This document shows positions 46,144 to 56,917 of a DNA stretch of 64,000 nt, piece by piece (position 1 is the stretch's first letter; each line of letters starts with the position of its first letter). The stretch is from Candidatus Borrarchaeum weybense (GTDB lineage Archaea > Asgardarchaeota > Sifarchaeia > Borrarchaeales > Borrarchaeaceae), in the NCBI GenBank assembly GCA_019057385.1, contig JAHQJS010000004.1, forward strand, positions 662,508 to 726,507. Reading direction: 5' to 3'. The notes under the pieces were generated by a model that was not told the DNA's origin, did no database searches, and saw only the letters and a list, made by a program, of their open reading frames with translations. The translations under genes were made by a program, and so were the position numbers.

Positions 46144-47640
46144 CTATTGTCCAGCCCCCTTTACACCTAACACCTTTAGTTCCCAATCGGCTAAATCGAT
46201 CCCACGTAAATGCAATCTGTTTCCTCTAAGGCTTTCTAATGCGTTGATACCCATTCCACCAAGCATTTCTTTAACTTCTAAACTCCAAGCTTTTAGTAAG
46301 TTGAGCAATCGTCTTCTTGCGATATCTGGGTTTAATCGTTTTGCCAAGTAGGGGTCTTGTGTGCATATGCCCCAATTACATTTTCCTGTATAGCAACGCT
46401 GGCAAACAGTACATCCCATAGCTACAAGAGCAGCGGTCCCAATATAGACTGCATCTGCACCCAGAGCGATTGCTTTAACAATATCTGCAGAATTCCGGAA
46501 ACCACCTGCACATATAAGTGAACATTGATTTCGGATGCCTTCTGCACGCAATCGGTCATCAACCGATGCAAGTGCAAGTTCAATTGGAACCCCTACATTA
46601 TCGCGAATAATTTGAGGGGCGGCACCTGTGCCTCCACGGAACCCATCTATTGCAACAATATCTGCGCCTGCACGTACAATACCTGACGCTATTGCCGCTG
46701 CATTGTGAACTGCTGCAATTTTGACTGAAATCGGTTTGTAATTTGTAGCTTCTTTCAGAGCGTAGATCAGAGTAGAAAGATCTTCAATGGAGTAAATGTC
46801 ATGTTGAGGAGCAGGAGACAAGGCATCAGTGCCTTCTGGTATCATTCTGGTTTGTGAGACTGTAACTGAAACCTTTTCACCTGGTAAATGTCCACCTATA
46901 CCTGGTTTCGCTCCCTGTCCAATTTTAATTTCAACGATCCTTGAGGTGTTTAGGTAATCTGAGTCAACGCCAAATCGTCCTGAAGCACACTGTACGATAG
47001 CATTATTACCATATTTTCGCAGTTCAAGAGGTAATCCTCCTTCTCCTGTATTAAACAGCGTTCCAAATTCTGTAGCAGCTTGTGCTAATGCCTTTTGTGC
47101 TTGAAAACTTATCGCACCGAAGCTGATCGCAGAGAAGATAATGGGCGTTTCTATCCTTACTTGTTCTGTTTCTTCATATTCTAGGACTCCATTTTTATAA
47201 GAGAGCCCCTCAGGCTTTTTACCAAGATATATGCGAAGTTCCATCGGTTCCCGCAAAGGATCTATGCTTGGATTTGTTACCTGTGATGCATTGATAAGTA
47301 AATGATCAAAATAAATTTTATATGGTTGTGGGTTGCCACATCCCGTAAGTAAGACGCCTCCAGTTTCTGCCTGCTTTTTTAAATTGTTTATAACTTCTTT
47401 TGTCCAACTAGCATTAGGACGATAATCAGCTGGATTTGGTCGAATAATTAGTGCATTAGTTGGACATAGGACTGCGCATCTTTGGCAACCAGCACAGTCT
47501 TCTTCTTTCACAAACATAAGATCAAGTTCTTCATCATGTCTATGAACCTCGAACCCACACTGTCGAACGCACACGCCACAACGTATGCATCTGTCTTCAT
47601 TTCTTTCAATAAGAAATTCTGGGAGTAATTGTGATTTCAT
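46144..47640 (-). CDS. gltB: Archaeal glutamate synthase FMN-binding subunit with ferredoxin domain (cluster 2)
   Basis: NTGEGG, SGRFG, KIGQGAKPGIGGHLPG, CTVCQRCYTGKCNWG. Confidence 0.93.
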   Translation of the reverse strand: MKSQLLPEFLIERNEDRCIRCGVCVRQCGFEVHRHDEELDLMFVKEEDCAGCQRCAVLCPTNALIIRPNPADYRPNASWTKEVINNLKKQAETGGVLLTGCGNPQPYKIYFDHLLINASQVTNPSIDPLREPMELRIYLGKKPEGLSYKNGVLEYEETEQVRIETPIIFSAISFGAISFQAQKALAQAATEFGTLFNTGEGGLPLELRKYGNNAIVQCASGRFGVDSDYLNTSRIVEIKIGQGAKPGIGGHLPGEKVSVTVSQTRMIPEGTDALSPAPQHDIYSIEDLSTLIYALKEATNYKPISVKIAAVHNAAAIASGIVRAGADIVAIDGFRGGTGAAPQIIRDNVGVPIELALASVDDRLRAEGIRNQCSLICAGGFRNSADIVKAIALGADAVYIGTAALVAMGCTVCQRCYTGKCNWGICTQDPYLAKRLNPDIARRRLLNLLKAWSLEVKEMLGGMGINALESLRGNRLHLRGIDLADWELKVLGVKGAGQ

Positions 47641-47642
47641 TA

Positions 47643-48785
47643 TTATGATTCACCTACCGCATAAACAGCTTCTTTATTATAGAGAACTTTACGATCTTTT
47701 AATCGACCGATAATCGGTTCACCGCCTTTTGGAGTCCATGTGGTTTCAATATCAGGACAAACTAGGCGGATAGATCCCTCTTCCGAAGATAAGTAAAGCA
47801 TGTCATTCTTTTCATTAATTCCTGCACTTAAAGGTCGAAGTCTGATTCTATCGGTAAGTCCGATCATTTCACCTTCGTGTGCTATAATTATTGTAAATGG
47901 TCCATTAAGTAAGAGATCGCCGAAAGCCTTTCGTAGCGTTGTATATTGGTTGCGAAGTTTTTCATCCTCTAATGCGTCTATTTCACTCCAAAGAGGCGCA
48001 GAAAAGACTTTGGCAACTAAATCAATCGGTAAATTATGTCTCCTCATTAACAGATCAACAGCATAGGCTATAACTTCTGTATCCGTGAACAATGTGCAGA
48101 TGTAGCCATACATTTCAAGGAAACGTTTGTTTGTGCCGTAAGAGGAAATCTCTCCATTGTGTACTACAGACCAATCTAAAACACCAAAAGGATGCGCTCC
48201 ACCCCACCACGCTTGTGAATTTGTCGGGAATCTACCGTGGGCAGTCCAAAGATATCCTTTGTACTCTTCTAAACGGAAATATTCGCCAATCTGTTCTGGG
48301 AATCCAACACCTTTGAAGATGCCACTATTTTTACCACTTGAGAAAACAAAAGCGTCCTGAATTTGTGTATTGATCTCCATTACTTTCTTCACAATGTAGT
48401 CTGGATTTTCAACAGGAGGCTTTACGAAATAACGCCAGACTATTGGTGCATGGAGTTGATCAATGCTAAGAGTTGGTTTAGTGGGAATTTCTTCGTCAAA
48501 TTCGATCTCAAAATTATGCTTAAGAAAATCTTCTGTGAGTTCTTTTCCTTTTCTAGTTTGATACATGATATGAAATGCATAATAATCCTTGAATTCGGGA
48601 TATAATCCATAAATTGCAAAGCCTCCCCCTAAGCCATTGCCTCTCTCGTGCATGTTAGCAATCGCATGAAGTATGTCATTTCCATAGAACAAATCTCCTT
48701 TAACATTCATCATTCCGAAGATAGAACAATTAGAAATGACTTTATCATCATTATACGGATTCGCTATTTTCTTCAAGTCATGCAT
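47643..48785 (-). CDS. Class II glutamine amidotransferase subunit (cluster 2)
   Basis: CSIFG, ERGNGLGGG, HGRFPTN, HNGEISSYG. Confidence 0.9.
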   Translation of the reverse strand: MHDLKKIANPYNDDKVISNCSIFGMMNVKGDLFYGNDILHAIANMHERGNGLGGGFAIYGLYPEFKDYYAFHIMYQTRKGKELTEDFLKHNFEIEFDEEIPTKPTLSIDQLHAPIVWRYFVKPPVENPDYIVKKVMEINTQIQDAFVFSSGKNSGIFKGVGFPEQIGEYFRLEEYKGYLWTAHGRFPTNSQAWWGGAHPFGVLDWSVVHNGEISSYGTNKRFLEMYGYICTLFTDTEVIAYAVDLLMRRHNLPIDLVAKVFSAPLWSEIDALEDEKLRNQYTTLRKAFGDLLLNGPFTIIIAHEGEMIGLTDRIRLRPLSAGINEKNDMLYLSSEEGSIRLVCPDIETTWTPKGGEPIIGRLKDRKVLYNKEAVYAVGES

Positions 48786-50077
48786 GAGAGGTTCTCCTTT
48801 GCCAGTAAATCATTTCTTACTTGATCGCTCAAGTGGATAAGACCGAAATCTTCAGAAAGTAAATCATCCTTGAATTCCGAGACATCAATTTTGTTTCTCA
48901 TTAACCCAAGGAAAATTCCTGCACGATCTATCTCATTAGCTAGAACGAATCCCATTATTTTATTATCCTTTAAAATAATTGATTTGTAAAAACTCTCTGT
49001 GTTTTGGCTTAAAATCTCGTAATCTGATTTTTCTTCGTCTGAAAGGTTGATTATTCCAGCAGAGATGATTGGAAATCCAAAAAAGGTCGTAGAATTCATG
49101 CTGGTGCCCCAATAGTACTCTTTACAATCACCCGCCATATTGAATCCTGCGATTCTCCCACCTACAAAAGCGGTTGGCCACAACGGAGTCAATCTGAAAG
49201 AATCCATAATAAAATCATAGACTTCTGCACAATCACCGCACGCAAAAACATTGGGCACACTAGTCTCCATTTTCTTATTAACTAAAATTCCCCGGTTGAC
49301 TTCTACTTCACTTTCTCTAACTAATTCTATCCTTGGTCGCACACCTATCGCAATAACTACAATGTCGCATCGGATTGTAGTTCCATCTTTTAGAACGACT
49401 CCCCCTACTTCATTAGGATTTGAGAAACTTCCAGTAATTTCTGAGATAGTGTTACCAGTTATTATCTTGATGTCTTGATTTTCCAGGACTGTTTCAACCC
49501 ATTGAGAGGCTGGTTGATCAATTACTAGTGGCATAAGTCGATCTAGAAGTTCAACAACAGTAACTTCAAGTCCTTTCATTCTTAATGCTTCAGCTGCTTT
49601 GAGTCCAATAAGCCCTCCGCCTAAAATAACAGCTCTGCCTTTCTTTTCGGATATGGTTTTTTGGAGCTCAAGTGTAGTGTCAAGTGTGTTGAACCCCCTA
49701 AAAACTCCTGTCTTATCTAGACCGGGCATATTTGGGACGAAAGGTGTGCCACCAGTAGCTAGTAAAAGTTTCTCATAATATAATTTTTTTCCATTATCTA
49801 ACGTAACTTTTTTTTCGTTAAAATCGATATTTGTTGCTTGAGTGCCAAAAAAAGTAGCTACGCCGTTATCCTCATAGAAATTAGGCACTCTAAGATAAAT
49901 ATCGTCTAGTTTAATTTTTTCAGCTAGTAGATATGAAATTAAAGGTCTTGAATAAGCCGAATAGGGCTCATCAGAGATTACTGCTATTTCATTGGTTTTG
50001 TCAACCTCTCTTATTGCTTCTATAGCTCCTATCCCACCAGCTGAGTTTCCAATGATAATGTACTTGTAATAATTCAT
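48773..50077 (-). CDS. NAD(P)/FAD-dependent oxidoreductase (NirB/rubredoxin-reductase-like)
   Basis: IIGNSAGG, LLATGG, GGGLIG, ETSVPNVFACGD; start set at MNYYKY. Confidence 0.88.
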   Translation of the reverse strand: MNYYKYIIIGNSAGGIGAIEAIREVDKTNEIAVISDEPYSAYSRPLISYLLAEKIKLDDIYLRVPNFYEDNGVATFFGTQATNIDFNEKKVTLDNGKKLYYEKLLLATGGTPFVPNMPGLDKTGVFRGFNTLDTTLELQKTISEKKGRAVILGGGLIGLKAAEALRMKGLEVTVVELLDRLMPLVIDQPASQWVETVLENQDIKIITGNTISEITGSFSNPNEVGGVVLKDGTTIRCDIVVIAIGVRPRIELVRESEVEVNRGILVNKKMETSVPNVFACGDCAEVYDFIMDSFRLTPLWPTAFVGGRIAGFNMAGDCKEYYWGTSMNSTTFFGFPIISAGIINLSDEEKSDYEILSQNTESFYKSIILKDNKIMGFVLANEIDRAGIFLGLMRNKIDVSEFKDDLLSEDFGLIHLSDQVRNDLLAKENLSCMT

Positions 50078-50439
50078 AGGACACATCGTCCATAGATTCA
50101 ATAGTTTACATTTGTCAAAGATCGATTCAATAACTTGCTTTTGTCCCAAATCGATCAATTACAATAAGGATATCGCTTTAAATGTTTTGCGTTGATTCAC
50201 AAATGTTGAACTGAAGAAATGTTCACTCCGAGCTTGTTTTTTTGAACGTTTGATACGTTTTCTAATACTCAGCAAAATATTCAAACAAACAAACAAACAA
50301 ATTCTCGCAAATGTTTGATCGAATGTATACTTTCTGAGATAGTAATTAACACGGGTTTTTTCTTTTCTAACTCATTACAACGTAAAGAATTAAAAAAAGA
50401 AATGAGGAAAGGGACTTCCGCATTACACATGGTTATGAA

Positions 50440-51834
50440 TTACACACGGATAAGATATTTGTCAATTTCCCACTGTGTAATTTTCTGCTTGTGATCGGGG
50501 TCGCCCTTCACAAACTCTTCATACTCTGCAACTTCAGCACGTTTCAATTTGAGATATAAGTTAAAGGTATATTCGCCAAGCGCTTCTTTTATCACTGTGT
50601 CTTTTTCTAATTCATTTAAAGCTTCAGTTAATGAGCCTGGAAGCGTTTTTATGCCTCTGTCTGCTAAGTCTTGCTCAGTAAGATCATAAACATTCAACCC
50701 TGTACAGTTCAATGTTTCTGGCATCTCAATTTGGTTTTTAATTCCGTCAAGGCCTGCACTCAACATGACGGCGTAGGCCAAATATGGGTTACAGGAAACA
50801 TCAGGACACCTAAACTCTGCGCGAATAGCTTTTTCCAGATTTGGATGATAGTTTGGTACTCTAACGAGGGCAGATCTATTTGCGAAAGCCCAGCTAATAT
50901 AGACAGGAGCCTCATAACCTGGTACTAAGCGTTTGTATGAATTAATAGTGGGTGCTACAACTGCAGTTAAAGCTTTAGCGTGTTTTAATAGACCACCAAT
51001 ATACCATTTACCCACATCGCTAAGAGAACTATCAGCACTAGCGTCATAAAACGCATTTTTTCCTGTGTCAACTGCAAAAAGACTTTGGTGAACATGCATT
51101 CCAGAACCGTTTTCACCGTAGTATGGTTTTGGCATGAAAGTCGCATACATCCCAAGCTGCACCGCCATCGCCTTTGTTGCTTGTTTGTAGGTTATGGATT
51201 TATCAGCTGCCTCTAATGCCTCTGCGTATCGAAAGTCTATTTCGTGCTGCCCGGGAGCAACCTCGTGGTGGCTCATTTCGATTTCCAATCCGAAATCTTC
51301 CATTGCAAGAATTGCAGCTCGACGCACGTCAGTTCCCATATCCATTGGCATCATATCAAAATAGCCGCCAGAGTCCATGGGGCTCATACAACCGCCGTTA
51401 TCCATTCTTACTAAGAAAAATTCGAGTTCAGGCCCTGTTAAAAAATTATAGCCCATATCTGTTGCTTTCTTTATTGCTCTTTTTAGAATATAACGCGGAT
51501 CGCCTTCAAACGGTCTTCCGCCAGGACGCATAATATCGCAAATCATTCTCGCAGTTGTTAATTCCTTAGGTCTCCATGGAAGAATAGCCCAAGTGTTTGG
51601 GTCGGGCATAGCTATCATATCTGAATCATAGATGGGAGTAAAACCCTTTATGGAAGAGCCATCAAACCCCGTACCATTAGTTAATGAATCTCCAACGTGA
51701 GTGATCGGAATTGCAACGTTCTTGAGCGTCCCGAAAATATCTACGAACTGGAGTCGCAGAAATTTGACATTATGTTTTTCTGCGAGTGCAGCCAATTCTG
51801 CAATTTTCTCTGTGTTAGTTTCTATAGTTTTCAT
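50440..51834 (-). CDS. glnA: Glutamine synthetase type I
   Basis: FDGSSI, GPELEFF, HHEVAPGQHEI, FMPKP, NGSGMHVHQS, KRLVPGYEAP, NRSALVRVP; start set at MKTIE after a GAGG RBS. Confidence 0.96.
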   Translation of the reverse strand: MKTIETNTEKIAELAALAEKHNVKFLRLQFVDIFGTLKNVAIPITHVGDSLTNGTGFDGSSIKGFTPIYDSDMIAMPDPNTWAILPWRPKELTTARMICDIMRPGGRPFEGDPRYILKRAIKKATDMGYNFLTGPELEFFLVRMDNGGCMSPMDSGGYFDMMPMDMGTDVRRAAILAMEDFGLEIEMSHHEVAPGQHEIDFRYAEALEAADKSITYKQATKAMAVQLGMYATFMPKPYYGENGSGMHVHQSLFAVDTGKNAFYDASADSSLSDVGKWYIGGLLKHAKALTAVVAPTINSYKRLVPGYEAPVYISWAFANRSALVRVPNYHPNLEKAIRAEFRCPDVSCNPYLAYAVMLSAGLDGIKNQIEMPETLNCTGLNVYDLTEQDLADRGIKTLPGSLTEALNELEKDTVIKEALGEYTFNLYLKLKRAEVAEYEEFVKGDPDHKQKITQWEIDKYLIRV

Positions 51835-52010
51835 TTTTTTACCTCTTTTTTTTATGGTAATTTCAGTTTTTTGTACAATTGTTTTATCCGATATTATACA
51901 ATGTACAGTTTTTTTAACTGACATTGTCCATTTTTTGGTACTTTAGAATGTGAAATTAAACACTTGGAAGTGTATACTATTTATAAATCTTACGTACGAC
52001 TCATAAAAAG

Positions 52011-52028
52011 TATACATATTTATGTATA
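52011..52028. promoter_or_regulatory. Perfect inverted repeat in the glnA/aro divergent intergenic region
   Basis: TATACATA-TT-TATGTATA. Confidence 0.4.
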
Positions 52029-52189
52029 AAGGTAATATGTGTCTCAAAATGAGGGCGTTAACAACTTTTTTGGAGCGTTTCTAGAAATAACTTTTTTATT
52101 CTATTTCGTAATCTTTTTTATTTCACTAAAGGCTAATTCAGAATTATCAAACACCGAAAAATACAATTGGACTAAACAGGAGGGCTATT

Positions 52190-52876
52190 GTGCAAATCTG
52201 TGTAGCTGTCGGAGAAAAAAGTATAAACAAACTTTTCATGTTGATATCTAACGCTGAGTTTCAAGCAGATCTCATTGAATTTCGTCTAGATTATTTGGAG
52301 GCCCTCGATTATGGTGAATTAGAAAAACTATTAGAAAAAATGAAACTCCCTGTAATTTTTACTGTCAGACGTAAGAACGAAGGTGGTAAATTTAAGGGGA
52401 GTGAAGAAGATCGTTTCAAGACTCTTAATAACTTAATTGATTTGCGCCCCGATTTCATTGACATCGAATTAAGTAGTCCATTTCTAAATGAGGATCTCGT
52501 AGATTCTGCAAAAAAGGTTGGAGTAAAAATCATTGGTTCATATCATTCATTTCAAGATACTCCACCAACCCATGTTCTCTTAAAGAAAATAGATATGGCG
52601 TACAGATTGGGTATTGATGTAGTGAAAATAGTAACTTATGCAAAAGAAATTGAAGATAACTTAATAATTTTAAGTTTACATAGCGCGGCGGAGAAATATC
52701 TCAGAGAAATGGAAATTGTAACATTCTGTATGGGCGAAAATGGTTTAATCTCTAGGGTATTATGTCCTTTATTCGGTTCAAAATTTACATTTGCATCATT
52801 CGGGGCGAATGTTACAGCGCCGGGTCAAATTAGCATTCAAAAAATGAGACGGATTCAGAAATTGATAAGTGAATGA
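52190..52876 (+). CDS. aroD: 3-dehydroquinate dehydratase type I
   Basis: IEFRLD, RRKNEGG, GSYHSF, VVKIV, MGENG, APGQ. Confidence 0.92.
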   Translation: MQICVAVGEKSINKLFMLISNAEFQADLIEFRLDYLEALDYGELEKLLEKMKLPVIFTVRRKNEGGKFKGSEEDRFKTLNNLIDLRPDFIDIELSSPFLNEDLVDSAKKVGVKIIGSYHSFQDTPPTHVLLKKIDMAYRLGIDVVKIVTYAKEIEDNLIILSLHSAAEKYLREMEIVTFCMGENGLISRVLCPLFGSKFTFASFGANVTAPGQISIQKMRRIQKLISE

Positions 52877-53750
52877 AATGATCACGTCAGAAACACAGCT
52901 TTGTGGACTAATTGGACATCCAGTCAAACACTCTCTTTCTCCAATTATGCACAACGCAGCATTCAAAGAAGTTGGCATAGATGATAAATACTGCTATTTA
53001 GCATTTAACGTCCTCGAAAGTGATTTAAAACAGGTGATAACTGCAGTTAAAACCTTAAACATCCGAGGATTGAATGTCACTATCCCTCATAAACTTGCTG
53101 TAATGGAATACCTTGATCTTATTGATACGACAGCACAAAGCATTGGTGCTGTTAATACAATTGTAAATAATCAAGGATTTCTCAGAGGATACAACACAGA
53201 TCTTCTAGGCGTGACAAATGCATTAAAGGAAGCCGAATTTGATCCAACAAACAAAAAAATTGTGATATTAGGTGCTGGTGGTGCAGCACGGGCAGCATCA
53301 TTTTCAATCGGAAGAAAAGCAGCTGAACTCGTCATCGTGAACCGGTCAATAGAAAAAGCTAATGAGCTTTGTAACGACTTATTGGAAAGTGTGATTGTTG
53401 AAGCCCGATCTCGTGAGTTATCAGAAAAAATTCTAAGAGAAGAGGTCCAAAATGCAGATCTGCTCGTTAACTGCACATCAGTTGGAATGTGGCCCGATGC
53501 AAACCAAACATTACTTAAACGAGAAATTATCCCTGAAACTATCACAGTTTTTGACACTGTCTATAACCCTCTTGAGACACAACTATTGAAAGATGCAAAA
53601 AAGGCAGGCGCAAAGACAATTTCTGGCTTAGCCATGTTTGTATGGCAAGGTGCTATAGCATTTGAGTTGTGGACGGGAGCTAAAGCTCCTATTCAAAAGA
53701 TGAAAGAAATTGTTAGTGAAAAATTGAAAGGCGGCAGAAATGAAAAATAA
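52869..53750 (+). CDS. aroE: Shikimate dehydrogenase
   Basis: HSLSPIMHN, NVTIPHK, GAVNT, GYNTD, GAGGAA. Confidence 0.95.
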   Translation: MNEMITSETQLCGLIGHPVKHSLSPIMHNAAFKEVGIDDKYCYLAFNVLESDLKQVITAVKTLNIRGLNVTIPHKLAVMEYLDLIDTTAQSIGAVNTIVNNQGFLRGYNTDLLGVTNALKEAEFDPTNKKIVILGAGGAARAASFSIGRKAAELVIVNRSIEKANELCNDLLESVIVEARSRELSEKILREEVQNADLLVNCTSVGMWPDANQTLLKREIIPETITVFDTVYNPLETQLLKDAKKAGAKTISGLAMFVWQGAIAFELWTGAKAPIQKMKEIVSEKLKGGRNEK

Positions 53751-54246
53751 TCTTGTAATCATAGGTTTCATGGCGACAGGAAAAACCAGTGTAGCACAAG
53801 CTCTAGCTAGCAAATTAGGAAAGGAATATGTAAGCACGGATGATTTAATTGTAAAAAAAGCTAACAAATATATCCCGAAAATCTTTGAAGATGATGGCGA
53901 GATCAAGTTTAGGGAACTTGAAATAGAAATAGTTAAAACAGTCTCAGAAATGGACGATATCGTTGTAGATTGCGGTGGAGGCGTTGTTCTCAATTGGATA
54001 AATGTTGTAAGGTTGAAAGAGAAGGGAATTATAGTTTTACTAACAGCATCTGTGGAAAGGATATTGGAAAGGTCTTCTTCGAGTACAGAAAGACCTTTAC
54101 TTAACGTTCAAAATACAAGGGAAAAAATTGTGGCACTATTGAAATTTCGAGAGCCTTTTTACGAAAAAGCTGCAGATGTGATTATTGATACAAACAACCT
54201 TAGTATTGATAATATTGTTGCACAAATCTTGGATTTCTTAAAATAA
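53740..54246 (+). CDS. aroK: Shikimate kinase (bacterial P-loop type)
   Basis: IGFMATGKTSV, GEIKFRELE, CGGGVV, RPLL. Confidence 0.92.
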   Translation: MKNNLVIIGFMATGKTSVAQALASKLGKEYVSTDDLIVKKANKYIPKIFEDDGEIKFRELEIEIVKTVSEMDDIVVDCGGGVVLNWINVVRLKEKGIIVLLTASVERILERSSSSTERPLLNVQNTREKIVALLKFREPFYEKAADVIIDTNNLSIDNIVAQILDFLK

Positions 54247-54262
54247 TGGACGTTAATAAAGC

Positions 54263-55525
54263 ATGAAAATAAAAATAACCCCCTCTGCGATTGAAGGACA
54301 AGTTGTAGCGCCTCCTTCCAAGAGTTACACTCACAGAGCACTAGTTTGTTCAGCGTTAGCTAACGGTGAGAGTAAAATAATTTCCCCACTAAACAGCGAT
54401 GATACAGAAGCTACGATGGATTTATTGGAGAAACTCGGTGTTAAAATACGTGTTAAAGAAGACTTTTGGAATGTAAATGGTGGACAGTTACATCAACCTA
54501 AAGGAGATCTGTTTTGTCGAGAATCTGGAACAACTATGAGATTTATGACAACAATTTGCTCACTAGTCAACGGAACCTGCCGATTGACTGGTGGAAGTTC
54601 ACTATCAAAAAGGCCAATGAAACCATTGATTGACGGATTGAAACAACTAGGCGTTGAATGTTCCTCTGAAAGAGGATTTCCTCCTATAATTGTTAAAGGA
54701 GGGCTGATAGGTGGGCGCACAAAAATTCCGGGTAACATAAGTTCTCAATTTATTTCTGCTTTGCTTTTAGTAGCACCTCTAGCAAAAGACGATACAGAGA
54801 TAATACTTACAACACCCTTAGAATCTAAGCCATATGTTCTGATGACAACAGATGCACAAAGACAATTTGGTGTTGAAATTGGGGCTTCTGAAGATTTAAG
54901 AAAATTTTGGATAAAAAAACAGGCTTACAAACCAATGATTTACAAAGTTGAGGGGGATTGGTCGAGTGCAGCATTGTTATTATCCTCTGGTGTATTGGCT
55001 GGGGAAATCGAGGCACAAAATTTGAATGCAAAAAGTTTACAAGCAGATAGAGAGATCTTGAATGTGCTAAAAAAAATGGGAGCAGAAGCTATTTCAAAAA
55101 ATGGGAGTATAAAACTAAAGAAATCCGAATTAGAAGCCCTCGAATTTGACGTAACTAATTGCCCGGATCTATTTCCAATACTTACAGTTCTTTGTGCAGT
55201 TGCTGAAGGTAAAAGTAAATTAACGGGGATCAAAAGACTCAAGATAAAAGAATCGGATCGAATTGCTGCAATGAAAGAAGGTTTAGTGAGAATGAATGTA
55301 GATGTGAGCGAGGAGGAAAATAGTATTATAATTAAAACCTCAAAACCTAAGGGAGCGATAATAGATCCGAAAAACGACCACAGGATAGCAATGGCATTTG
55401 CTGTTTTATCGTTAGTTGCAGAGGGTGAGACTTTAATCCAAGATGCAGAATGTGTATCAAAATCATTTCCAAATTTTTGGGATGTAATGAAACACTTAGG
55501 TATGAATTTTGAGGAGATAACATGA
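54263..55525 (+). CDS. aroA: EPSP synthase
   Basis: PPSKSYTHR, ESGTTMRF, SSQFISALL, KESDRI, DHRIAMA. Confidence 0.95.
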   Translation: MKIKITPSAIEGQVVAPPSKSYTHRALVCSALANGESKIISPLNSDDTEATMDLLEKLGVKIRVKEDFWNVNGGQLHQPKGDLFCRESGTTMRFMTTICSLVNGTCRLTGGSSLSKRPMKPLIDGLKQLGVECSSERGFPPIIVKGGLIGGRTKIPGNISSQFISALLLVAPLAKDDTEIILTTPLESKPYVLMTTDAQRQFGVEIGASEDLRKFWIKKQAYKPMIYKVEGDWSSAALLLSSGVLAGEIEAQNLNAKSLQADREILNVLKKMGAEAISKNGSIKLKKSELEALEFDVTNCPDLFPILTVLCAVAEGKSKLTGIKRLKIKESDRIAAMKEGLVRMNVDVSEEENSIIIKTSKPKGAIIDPKNDHRIAMAFAVLSLVAEGETLIQDAECVSKSFPNFWDVMKHLGMNFEEIT

Positions 55526-56631
55526 GTAATAGCTTAGGTGAAAAATTTCGGATAACAAGTTTTGGTGAGAGCCACGGAAAATGTGTGGGTGTCGTGATTG
55601 ACGGTTGCCCTAGTGGTTTATCGTTATCCGAAGATGATATCCAACCTGAATTAAACAGAAGACGTCCAGGTCAAAGCCAGATTACTACTAAGCGACAAGA
55701 AGAAGATCAAGTAGAAATTCTATCTGGCGTCTTTAATGGTTACACAACAGGTGCACCAATTTGTATGCTTATTTGGAACAAAGACGTTGATTCTACTAAA
55801 TATGAACTCTTTAGGGATGTACCTCGACCAGGTCATGCCGATTTCACTGCACGCCAAAAATATGGTGGATTCAACGATTATCGAGGCGGTGGTAGATTTT
55901 CAGGTAGAATAACCGCTAGTTTCGTGATGGCGGGTGCTGTAGCCAGAAAACTCCTAAGAGATGTTTTAAATGTAGATATTACTGCCCATACTATTGAAAT
56001 AGGCGGGATCAAAGCAAAGAAAATAGAGGATATATCATTAATTAAGAAAAATGTTGAAAAAACTCCTATACGAACTGCTGATTTAGAAACTGCCGAAAAG
56101 ATGATTGAACTAGTAATACAGGCAGAGAATGAAGGAGATAGTATAGGAGGAATAATCGAATGTATAGTAACAAATGTTCCAATTGGTTTGGGTGAACCAA
56201 TTTTTTCTTCTTTAGAATCAGACATTAGTAAAGCAATTTTTTCAATTCCTGCAGTTAAGGGAATAGAATTTGGTGCTGGTTTTCGTGTTTCAAGAATGAA
56301 AGGCTCTGAAAATAATGATAAATTTACCTTTAAAAATGGGCAAATTCTCACAAAAACAAATAATGCAGGTGGAATTTTAGGCGGTATATCAACTGGCATG
56401 CCTATTACATTTCGGATAGCGATCAAACCCACAGCTTCAATCACGAAAAAACAAGAATCCGTGAGTATTTCAGAGAAAAAAGAAACTGAACTTCAAATAG
56501 AGGGAAGACATGACCCATGTATAGTCCCAAGAGCTGTACCAGTTGTTGAATCCATGACAGCGATGGTTTTAGCCGATCATGCGATAAGATATAATGTAAT
56601 TCCGCCAGTAATCAGGAGGATGACTTCTTGA
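55522..56631 (+). CDS. aroC: Chorismate synthase
   Basis: GESHG, RPGHAD, GGRFSGR, GGISTG, GRHDPC. Confidence 0.96.
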   Translation: MSNSLGEKFRITSFGESHGKCVGVVIDGCPSGLSLSEDDIQPELNRRRPGQSQITTKRQEEDQVEILSGVFNGYTTGAPICMLIWNKDVDSTKYELFRDVPRPGHADFTARQKYGGFNDYRGGGRFSGRITASFVMAGAVARKLLRDVLNVDITAHTIEIGGIKAKKIEDISLIKKNVEKTPIRTADLETAEKMIELVIQAENEGDSIGGIIECIVTNVPIGLGEPIFSSLESDISKAIFSIPAVKGIEFGAGFRVSRMKGSENNDKFTFKNGQILTKTNNAGGILGGISTGMPITFRIAIKPTASITKKQESVSISEKKETELQIEGRHDPCIVPRAVPVVESMTAMVLADHAIRYNVIPPVIRRMTS

Positions 56632-56894
56632 GTTTAGAAGAATTCCGAGACGAAATTAGAGATACTGATCTTAAAATATTGGATCTTATTAAAAAACGAC
56701 TGGATATCGCTAAAAAGATAGGTTTGTATAAGAAAAAACACCAATATCCAGTTAAAAATGTAAAGGTAGAAGAAAAAGTAATAGAGCATGCGAAAAATCA
56801 TGCTTTAAGTCTTGGAATACCTACCGAACTTGCAGTCAATGTAATTAAGTTGTTAATCGAATTTTCTGTGAAAATTCAACTACAGAATCTGTAA
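56628..56894 (+). CDS. Chorismate mutase (AroQ type)
   Basis: LEEFRDEIRDTDLKILDLIKKR...IGLYK; directly after aroC. Confidence 0.85.
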   Translation: MSLEEFRDEIRDTDLKILDLIKKRLDIAKKIGLYKKKHQYPVKNVKVEEKVIEHAKNHALSLGIPTELAVNVIKLLIEFSVKIQLQNL

Positions 56895-56917
56895 GTAGTC
56901 TTAACGATCGATGAAAA

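Noticed and set aside
50283-50301. (AAAC)n microsatellite upstream of glutamate synthase cluster 2
   Set aside because: Only about 4 units, with no evidence of phase variation.
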